DNA of 62,676 nucleotides from Acutalibacteraceae bacterium (GTDB lineage: Bacteria > Bacillota > Clostridia > Oscillospirales > Acutalibacteraceae), in assembly GCA_045638245.1 (NCBI GenBank), contig JAZUAZ010000237.1:1-62676 (forward strand), written 5' to 3'. The notes under the pieces were generated by a model that did no database searches, was not told the DNA's origin, and saw only the letters and a list, made by a program, of their open reading frames with translations. The position numbers and the translations under genes are program-made. Shown piece after piece: positions 9,606 to 15,819 of this stretch (position 1 is its first letter; each line of letters starts with the position of its first letter).

Positions 9606-9654
9606 AAAGAATAAGGAGGATGTTCCGTTTCTTTTCGGAACTGTAAATAAATTT

Positions 9655-11250
9655 ATGACTCTTATATCTGTTGAATTTGCATTGTTATGGATCATAACTG
9701 CAATTTTATATTTTATTTTTCCGCTTAAATACCGTTGGACAATACTTCTTGCAGCCAGCGGCGTATATTATTTTTACGGTGGGCTTAATACCGGATATTT
9801 CATGCTTATTACAATCGGTATAATATGGCTTGTAGCCCTTGTTCTTGATAAGTACAATGAAAATCATAAGCAGTATCTGAAAGACCACGCCGATATATCC
9901 CGCGAAGAAAAGAAGGCCCTTAAAGCAAAGGTACAGAAAAAGAAAAGATTGGTACTCACTTGTGGTATTCTTCTTTGCTTTGGTATGCTTGTGTTCCTTA
10001 AATACTTCAATTTTATATCTGCACAGACATTCAATGTGCTTGGACTTTTCGGTATAGACGGTAAAGCTCCAAAGCATGATCTTGCTTTCCCTTTAGGTAT
10101 TTCTTTCTATACTTTGCAGGCTACAAGCTACATAATTGACGTGTACAGATGTAAGCTCAGAGCTGAAAAGAATATTGCCAAGGTTGCACTGTTTGTATCC
10201 TTCTTCCCGCAGATAGTTCAAGGTCCTATAGGCCGATTCGGTCACCTTGCTCATCAACTTTATGAAGGGCATCGCTTCAATTTTACGCAGTTTAAATACG
10301 GACTTCAGCTTTTCCTCTGGGGTCTTATAAAAAAGCTTACCCTTGCTGAATATATGGGTATAATCGCTGATGAGATTTTTACAAATTATACCGAATATAA
10401 GGGTCTTGAAATTCTTCTTGGAGCTATGATTTACGGTGTACAGGTTTATGCTGACTTCTCAGGCGGTATGGATATGGTACGCGGTGTTGCTCAGGTGTTT
10501 GGAATTGAGCTTGCAGTAAACTTCGAAAGACCGTATTTTGCAAGGTCTGTATCTGAATTCTGGAGAAGATGGCATATCACCCTTGGTGCATGGATGAAGG
10601 ATTATGTATTCTATCCGCTTTCACTTTCCCGCGCATTTACATCTATGGGCAAAAAGACCAGAAAGATATTCGGTACCTATATCGGAAAAATGCTTCCTAC
10701 CTTCCTTGCATCATTTGTTGCGTTTTTCCTTGTAGGTGTTTGGCACGGCTCGAGCTATAAGTATGTTGTTTACGGTCTTTGGAACAGTGTTATTATATCC
10801 GGCAGTATTCTTCTTGAGCCTGTTTATAAAAAGGTACTCGAAAAACTTAAAATCAATACTGAGTGTTTCTCGTGGCAGCTTTTTCAGATTTTCAGAACCT
10901 TTATGCTTGTAAGCATCGGTAGAATTTTCTCACGAGCAGGATCACTTATGATATCGCTCAAGATGCTTAAAAATATGTTCTCTGAATTTAATCCGTGGAT
11001 TCTTACTGACGGTACGTTGTATACTTACGGTCTTAAGCCGAGACAGATGTTTATGGTATTTCTTGTGATACTTACACTTATTGTTGTGAGCCTTATGCAG
11101 GAAAAGGGTATAAAAGTCAGAGAGGCACTTGATAGACAGAATATGATTTTCCAGTGGCTTGTTGTAATTGGAGCTATAATATTTGTGCTTATTTATGGTG
11201 CTTACGGAGCTTCATTCTCCGCGGCAGACTTCGTATATCAACAATTCTAA
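9655..11250 (+). CDS. dltB: MBOAT family O-acyltransferase (DltB/AlgI-like)
   Basis: Polytopic membrane protein with FWRRWHITLGAWMKDYVFYPL and VGVWHGSS conserved-His blocks. The MTLISVEF start fits typical MBOAT N-termini. The 9589 GTG extension crosses the hairpin. Confidence 0.85.
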   Translation: MTLISVEFALLWIITAILYFIFPLKYRWTILLAASGVYYFYGGLNTGYFMLITIGIIWLVALVLDKYNENHKQYLKDHADISREEKKALKAKVQKKKRLVLTCGILLCFGMLVFLKYFNFISAQTFNVLGLFGIDGKAPKHDLAFPLGISFYTLQATSYIIDVYRCKLRAEKNIAKVALFVSFFPQIVQGPIGRFGHLAHQLYEGHRFNFTQFKYGLQLFLWGLIKKLTLAEYMGIIADEIFTNYTEYKGLEILLGAMIYGVQVYADFSGGMDMVRGVAQVFGIELAVNFERPYFARSVSEFWRRWHITLGAWMKDYVFYPLSLSRAFTSMGKKTRKIFGTYIGKMLPTFLASFVAFFLVGVWHGSSYKYVVYGLWNSVIISGSILLEPVYKKVLEKLKINTECFSWQLFQIFRTFMLVSIGRIFSRAGSLMISLKMLKNMFSEFNPWILTDGTLYTYGLKPRQMFMVFLVILTLIVVSLMQEKGIKVREALDRQNMIFQWLVVIGAIIFVLIYGAYGASFSAADFVYQQF

Positions 11251-11266
11251 AAAGGAGGACTATGTA

Positions 11267-12385
11267 ATGAAAAAATTCAAATGGCTTCGCTCTGTTGCGT
11301 TCATACTTCTCCTTTGTGTTGCTGTTTCGGGTGTGATGCATTGTTATTCACAGCCTAAAAACTTCAATTCCAGATTTATAAACTCGTTTGAAGATATGCC
11401 TGACAATACAGTTGATGGTATAGTTATTGGGTCCAGTGTTGTTGCTCACGCTTGGGTCAGTGCAATTGCGTATGAGAAGTACGGCCTTACTACTGCGGGA
11501 ATCGGTACAAGTGTACAGCCTTTTGGCGCGGTTAAAGGTTTTATTGATTATGCACAGAAGAATCAGGATATAAAATACGTTATCATTGATGTACATTCAC
11601 TTCGCAGTCAGAACATTTTTACAAGTGTCAGCCCTGCTAAGGTTCAGGAAGCTTATCTTAATGTACCCGATATTTCAGTGCGTTACAGTATGCTTAATGA
11701 CCTTTTGGATTATGCTGAAAGGGTGTACGATTATTATGGCTATCCCGAAGAAGATAGTGGAGACGAGATTCTTAAAAGGGATGATATTTCTTTATATCTC
11801 CCAATTTACAGTTTCCACAATCGTTGGGTTGACGGATTAAAAAAAGCAGATTATGTTGCTGTAAAAAATGATTATCTTGGTGCTAATGACAGAAGTAGCT
11901 CTGTCTTTGTTATGAAGGATGTATCGGATTTAGTTGAAAGACTGGATTTTGATGGGCTTGTGGAAATCAACGATTTTCAGAAAAATGAGCTTGAGCTTCT
12001 TTTTTCTTATTTAGAGAATCAAGGTATTGAAGCATTGTTTATAAACACTCCTTCATTCAGAAGAGCTGAATACCAGCAGGAGCTTTCTTCAATTCTTGCT
12101 TATTGCGAGGAGTGTGGCTATAACACTGTTGATTTTTCAACAAGAGAGATGCTTGATAAGCTCGGACTTGATCCCAAGACAGATTTTTCTGACCAGGGAC
12201 ACGTAAACCTTAAAGGTGCGCAAAAAGTTACAGAGTGCCTGTGTGAATATCTTGTAGACAACGGATTTCCTGTTGAAGATAACAGAAACAAAGAAGGTCA
12301 CGAGTATTGGGATGAAGGTGCAAAGAATTTTAAGGAATTTTATGTTAAGGGCTGGGCTAAAAAAGGCTTTGACGTAAGTTATTGA
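11267..12385 (+). CDS. membrane-anchored SGNH/DltD-like acyl-transfer protein
   Basis: ATG after AAGGAGG. N-terminal TM anchor. GSS (VIGSSVV) near the N-terminus and DxxH (DQGHVN) near the C-terminus, as in DltD/AlgJ-type proteins. Positioned after the MBOAT gene. Confidence 0.6.
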   Translation: MKKFKWLRSVAFILLLCVAVSGVMHCYSQPKNFNSRFINSFEDMPDNTVDGIVIGSSVVAHAWVSAIAYEKYGLTTAGIGTSVQPFGAVKGFIDYAQKNQDIKYVIIDVHSLRSQNIFTSVSPAKVQEAYLNVPDISVRYSMLNDLLDYAERVYDYYGYPEEDSGDEILKRDDISLYLPIYSFHNRWVDGLKKADYVAVKNDYLGANDRSSSVFVMKDVSDLVERLDFDGLVEINDFQKNELELLFSYLENQGIEALFINTPSFRRAEYQQELSSILAYCEECGYNTVDFSTREMLDKLGLDPKTDFSDQGHVNLKGAQKVTECLCEYLVDNGFPVEDNRNKEGHEYWDEGAKNFKEFYVKGWAKKGFDVSY

Positions 12386-12438
12386 TTTTTGTTGCGTCAA
12401 TTGTATCACAGATTATGTTTTAAGTGAGGATATCTTAT

Positions 12439-13374
12439 ATGGCTTATTTGTTTGTTCATTTCAAAGAAAAGATTACACCTGATGGTGAACAGGTGTATTT
12501 TTCCGTCAGCAAAAATGGCTACGATTGGGAAATGCTCAATTCCGGAGAACCTGTTCTTACGAGTAAGATGAGTACAACAGGTTGCCGCGATATTGAAATC
12601 ACCCGACTCAAAGATGGTGGATTTGTTATTATAACAACGGATGAATGTATTGCAAACAGATATGATGAAAATCTGAATGTTGATTGGAGTATTGTTAATC
12701 GTACAGGCAGTCACGGCTTTTGCATGTGGAAATCTGATGACCTTATCAATTTTTCCGAACAGAGGATTATAAATATCGGTCGTGACGATTTCGGCTGTAT
12801 GTGGGCTCCTGAGATTTTTTACGATGAAACTGAGGACGAATATCTTATTCATTGGGGATCTACAGTTGCTCAGGATGACTATAGTCATATGTCTATATAT
12901 TATTCTGTTACAAGAGACTTTGAAACCTTTTCAAAGCCCAGACTATTTTTCACTAAATCCGCAGAAATTCTTGATACTCATATATCGAAAATCGATGGAA
13001 TTTATCATCTGTTTTATAAGCATGCAGAACATCCCGGTGTTAATATGCATGCAACTTCAGAGCATCTTTACGGTCCGTATATGCACGATGAAGCATTTGA
13101 AAATTATATGAGAACTGTAGAGAAATACAACTGCTACGAAGCGGATACAACTTATGTGCTTCCTGACGGCAAGTGGTGTCTGATGCTCGATTTCTTCGGT
13201 TGTGCAAAACCTGAAATGGGATATGTACCTTTTATAAGCAGTGCTCCCGGTAAAACTGATTTTGAAATGAAGAAGGAGCTTTTTAGTTTCCCGTACGGAT
13301 TCAAGCATGGCCGTGTAATTGAGATATCAGATACTGAGTATGACAGGTTAAAGAATTATTATATTAACAGATAA
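12439..13374 (+). CDS. putative GH43-like beta-propeller glycoside hydrolase
   Basis: MAYLFVHF...DGEQVYFSVSKNGYDW N-terminus and a WAPE block recall small cytoplasmic GH43-type enzymes. No signal peptide. The family assignment is tentative. Confidence 0.55.
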   Translation: MAYLFVHFKEKITPDGEQVYFSVSKNGYDWEMLNSGEPVLTSKMSTTGCRDIEITRLKDGGFVIITTDECIANRYDENLNVDWSIVNRTGSHGFCMWKSDDLINFSEQRIINIGRDDFGCMWAPEIFYDETEDEYLIHWGSTVAQDDYSHMSIYYSVTRDFETFSKPRLFFTKSAEILDTHISKIDGIYHLFYKHAEHPGVNMHATSEHLYGPYMHDEAFENYMRTVEKYNCYEADTTYVLPDGKWCLMLDFFGCAKPEMGYVPFISSAPGKTDFEMKKELFSFPYGFKHGRVIEISDTEYDRLKNYYINR

Positions 13375-13412
13375 AAAAACACGGCTGAACTTAATCAGCC
13401 GTGAATTTTTTT
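13373..13412. terminator. bidirectional intrinsic terminator
   Basis: A7 run, 9-bp stem CACGGCTGA (13380-13388) / TCAGCCGTG (13395-13403), 6-nt loop, T7 run (13406-13412). It is usable on both strands. Confidence 0.75.
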
Positions 13413-13598
13413 ATAATACCCGCCATGCCGTAAGTGTTGTGTATAACCTGCTCTATGGCAGGATGGTGATTGCGAGTCAGGTTCACGCTCCCTTCGTCCG
13501 CAAAAGCGGGAGGTCTGCAATCCGCTGACAAAGCGTCTCTCCGTTTAATAACTTGTTGGGTTATAACGAACACAGTAATCGAACACAGCAGGCTGTTT
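13413..13598 (-). ncRNA. candidate structured small RNA or 3'-UTR element, class unknown (rod-like, 6S-like architecture)
   Basis: Visibly GC-richer than its flanks, with no credible CDS. The 5' and 3' ends are complementary (13422-13448 with 13559-13593). Two pairs are G-U only on the minus strand. The strong terminator at 13373-13412 lies downstream on the minus strand. Confidence 0.35.
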
Positions 13599-13913
13599 TT
13601 ATTCTTTTATTGAGTCCTCAGCCTCATATTTTTCTATAAGTCTGTCCTCAAAAATATTGCCGATTTCATTGAATTCTTTTTCGTCTTCAATCTGGATGAG
13701 ATAAGTCTCGCCGTCTTCTTCCATAACTTTGAGAATGAGAACATCACCGTCATCATCGAGTATTTCAACCTCATCGTCGTAAATAGGAAGGAGAGCAACA
13801 TATCTTTTTCCGTCTTCGGTTTCTATTCTGTCGAGCTCTTCAAAAAGATGCTCAACACCATCGTCATCAACGACACTGACAATATCCATATCCATGTTTA
13901 ATCCGTCACTCAT
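13599..13913 (-). CDS. DUF1292 family acidic protein (YrzB-like)
   Basis: 104 aa, very acidic. Contains the characteristic DDDGVEHLFEELDRIE...RYVALLP core. Confidence 0.85.
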   Translation of the reverse strand: MSDGLNMDMDIVSVVDDDGVEHLFEELDRIETEDGKRYVALLPIYDDEVEILDDDGDVLILKVMEEDGETYLIQIEDEKEFNEIGNIFEDRLIEKYEAEDSIKE

Positions 13914-13947
13914 AATATATTATATGCCCTTTCATCATTTTTATTAT

Positions 13948-13976
13948 ATTGTAATATTTTATAACACTGTTGTCAA
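13948..13976 (-). promoter_or_regulatory. sigma-A-type promoter for the DUF1292 gene
   Basis: On the minus strand: TTGACA (13976-13971), 17-nt spacer, TACAAT (13953-13948). It lies about 30 nt upstream of the ATG. Confidence 0.5.
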
Positions 13977-14018
13977 TAAAAGTTTAAAAATTATAATGAG
14001 AAAATTATTGAAAATAAG

Positions 14019-14055
14019 TTGTTATTTATCTATATATTGTGTTATAATACACAAT
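14019..14055 (+). promoter_or_regulatory. extended -10 promoter with palindromic flanks (kinase/V-ATPase operon)
   Basis: TTGTTA (14019-14024), 18-nt spacer, TGTGTTATAAT. The TATAAT (14043-14048) is bracketed by the 7-bp inverted repeat ATTGTGT/ACACAAT. A 20-mer here is identical to 31489-31508. Confidence 0.5.
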
Positions 14056-14125
14056 GAGTAATAATATTTAGATTTTTCTGTTTAATTACATATTTAAAAT
14101 CATTTTATCAAGGAAGTGAAAATGT

Positions 14126-15478
14126 ATGTCAAATTCATTGAATCCTGTTTTTGGAGAATGGTATACCTACAAGCAGATAGGAAACGGTACAGATGGAAAA
14201 GTTTTTTCAATATATAAGGAAAAATACAACGGAGAAAGAGAATATTCGGTACTGAAGATAATTAGACTGAGCGATAACAGAAGCGAAAGAAAAAACTTTT
14301 CAACTGAAAACAAAACGTTTTCAAACGATGACGAGTATTTTGATAATCTGATTAAGAAGATTACCGATAACATTGATAAGGTTAAAAAATCTGATGCCTC
14401 GAAGTACATTGTTAAATACGAGGACATTGAGTTAAGACGTGCCAGTGATGGTAAAGGAAGACTTATATTGCTTAAACTCGAAGGGGCAAAATCGCTTGCA
14501 GAAGTAACTAAGGAATTAAGTTTTATGCCTGAAGAAATTCTAAGGCTTGGTATAAACATTTGCTCTGCGTTGTCAAAATGCAGGGAGTTTGGATACATTT
14601 ATCCTAATCTTAAGCCGGAAAATATTCTCTTTACTCAGGATGGAAGATGTAAGCTTGGTGATTTCGGAACATTCAGTTGTCTTGAGCCTGCAAAAACCTC
14701 TGTTTCTTATAAACGTACGCAGTATTATATGTCACCTGAATTTATCAGAAGCGGAAATATAAATTGTACAGCGGACACCTATTCTCTCGGTCTGGTTCTT
14801 TATATGCTGTCAAATAGAAATCGATTGCCGTTTACCGAGCCACATCCTGAAAAGATAACAGTCAGCTCATTGAATGAAGCGACAAAGAAACGAATGTCTG
14901 CCCAACAGCTTGAAAGACCTGTTTTTGCAAGCGACGAGCTTTGGCGCATTATCAGAAAGGCGTGCAACTATAATCCCAATAAAAGATACTTTTCACCGGA
15001 CCAGATGCTTTCTGATTTAAAAAACGCTCTTGAAAACAAGCCTTTTGAGGAACCTAAATTTGATGATATTTACTCACAGAGTGTTGCAGATGCAGATGAA
15101 GACGAGGCGGTTGTTATTCCTGAAATTGAATCAATAGATGGATGTATGGAATATACTACTCCTGTTCTCTCAATAAAAGAAGAAATACAGATTCCTGATG
15201 TTGAGCCGATATATAAAAGTAAAAAATCCGGAAGAGCAGTAAGAAAGACGGAGCGTTCTGAAAAAATTCCTGAAATTAAAGGTTCCGCAGTTATCAGGAA
15301 AGCATATTCAGGAAAACTTATAGCTACAGCTGTTATAGCACTCGTTATGATAATTTTGCTAATATTGTCCATAATTCTTCATAATAATGCGAAAGCCGAC
15401 GATAATATAGTCGCACAGGTAAATTGCTTTGTTAATGAAATGATTTATAATGGAGGTGTTCTATATAATGGCGGCTGA
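14126..15478 (+). CDS. membrane-anchored Hanks-type Ser/Thr kinase homologue with YPN in place of HRD (predicted pseudokinase or atypical kinase)
   Basis: Kinase motifs present: GNGTDGKV loop, VLK44, LGDFG, SPE, DTYSLG. The catalytic loop reads YIYPNLKPEN. One C-terminal TM helix and no PASTA domains. Confidence 0.8.
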   Translation: MSNSLNPVFGEWYTYKQIGNGTDGKVFSIYKEKYNGEREYSVLKIIRLSDNRSERKNFSTENKTFSNDDEYFDNLIKKITDNIDKVKKSDASKYIVKYEDIELRRASDGKGRLILLKLEGAKSLAEVTKELSFMPEEILRLGINICSALSKCREFGYIYPNLKPENILFTQDGRCKLGDFGTFSCLEPAKTSVSYKRTQYYMSPEFIRSGNINCTADTYSLGLVLYMLSNRNRLPFTEPHPEKITVSSLNEATKKRMSAQQLERPVFASDELWRIIRKACNYNPNKRYFSPDQMLSDLKNALENKPFEEPKFDDIYSQSVADADEDEAVVIPEIESIDGCMEYTTPVLSIKEEIQIPDVEPIYKSKKSGRAVRKTERSEKIPEIKGSAVIRKAYSGKLIATAVIALVMIILLILSIILHNNAKADDNIVAQVNCFVNEMIYNGGVLYNGG

Positions 15479-15779
15479 AATGGTTAAAGTTATAATGAAG
15501 GCTGAGGCAACCGGACGCGAAATGGAAAGTGTTGCGGAAAAAACCGTTGAAAAAATGCTTTCAGATGCACATATTCAGGCAGAGATAATTGTGAAATCTG
15601 CGATCGAACAAGCAGAAAATCAGGCTAATATTATTCTCAGTGATGCTGAATATTCTGCAAACGGAATAATAAAACAGGCCGAAAAGCTTGCTGAACTCAG
15701 AGAAAAGAAATCTATATCCGATACTGAGAAGCAGTACGAATATGCGATAAAGCTTGTACTTGAGGAAATAGTAAAATGA
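15468..15779 (+). CDS. V-type ATPase small coiled-coil stalk subunit (NtpF / subunit G-H-like)
   Basis: About 100 aa of A/E/K-rich predicted coiled coil, first in the ntp-like gene order. ATG follows GGAGGTG and overlaps the kinase 3' end. Confidence 0.6.
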   Translation: MAAEMVKVIMKAEATGREMESVAEKTVEKMLSDAHIQAEIIVKSAIEQAENQANIILSDAEYSANGIIKQAEKLAELREKKSISDTEKQYEYAIKLVLEEIVK

Positions 15780-15819
15780 TAATGTTGATTGATTATTATG
15801 CTGAAGGAGGTGCTGATGT

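Noticed and set aside
9620-9646. MFRFFSEL mini-ORF as a bona fide leader peptide
   Set aside because: I did not call it as a feature. The SD-to-ATG spacing is about 0 nt, and conservation cannot be judged from one sequence. It is kept only as a hypothesis in the findings.
9589-9654. GTG-initiated N-terminal extension of the MBOAT gene
   Set aside because: The extension starts inside the 11-bp hairpin and has no SD. The MTLISVEF... start at 9655 matches typical MBOAT N-termini.
12406-12888. 160-aa minus-strand ORF, and the similar 60956-61432 minus-strand ORF (158 aa)
   Set aside because: Both are fully overlapped by plus-strand genes with recognisable motifs (the GH43-like gene and the S11 carboxypeptidase). 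Neither has an SD or a family resemblance.
13391-13573. 60-aa minus-strand ORF in the GC-rich intergenic stretch
   Set aside because: It has no SD. It begins inside and reads across long-range complementary segments. The region is better explained as structured RNA.
13413-13598. Identification of the structured element as SRP RNA or as a riboswitch
   Set aside because: The plus-strand segment GGGAGGTCTGCAATCCGCT resembles part of the Bacillus scRNA Alu domain. Neither strand has the domain IV GGAA-tetraloop/AGCAGC motif. On the riboswitch idea, GAACCTGA recalls the TPP riboswitch, but CTGAGA is absent and no gene lies downstream on either strand.
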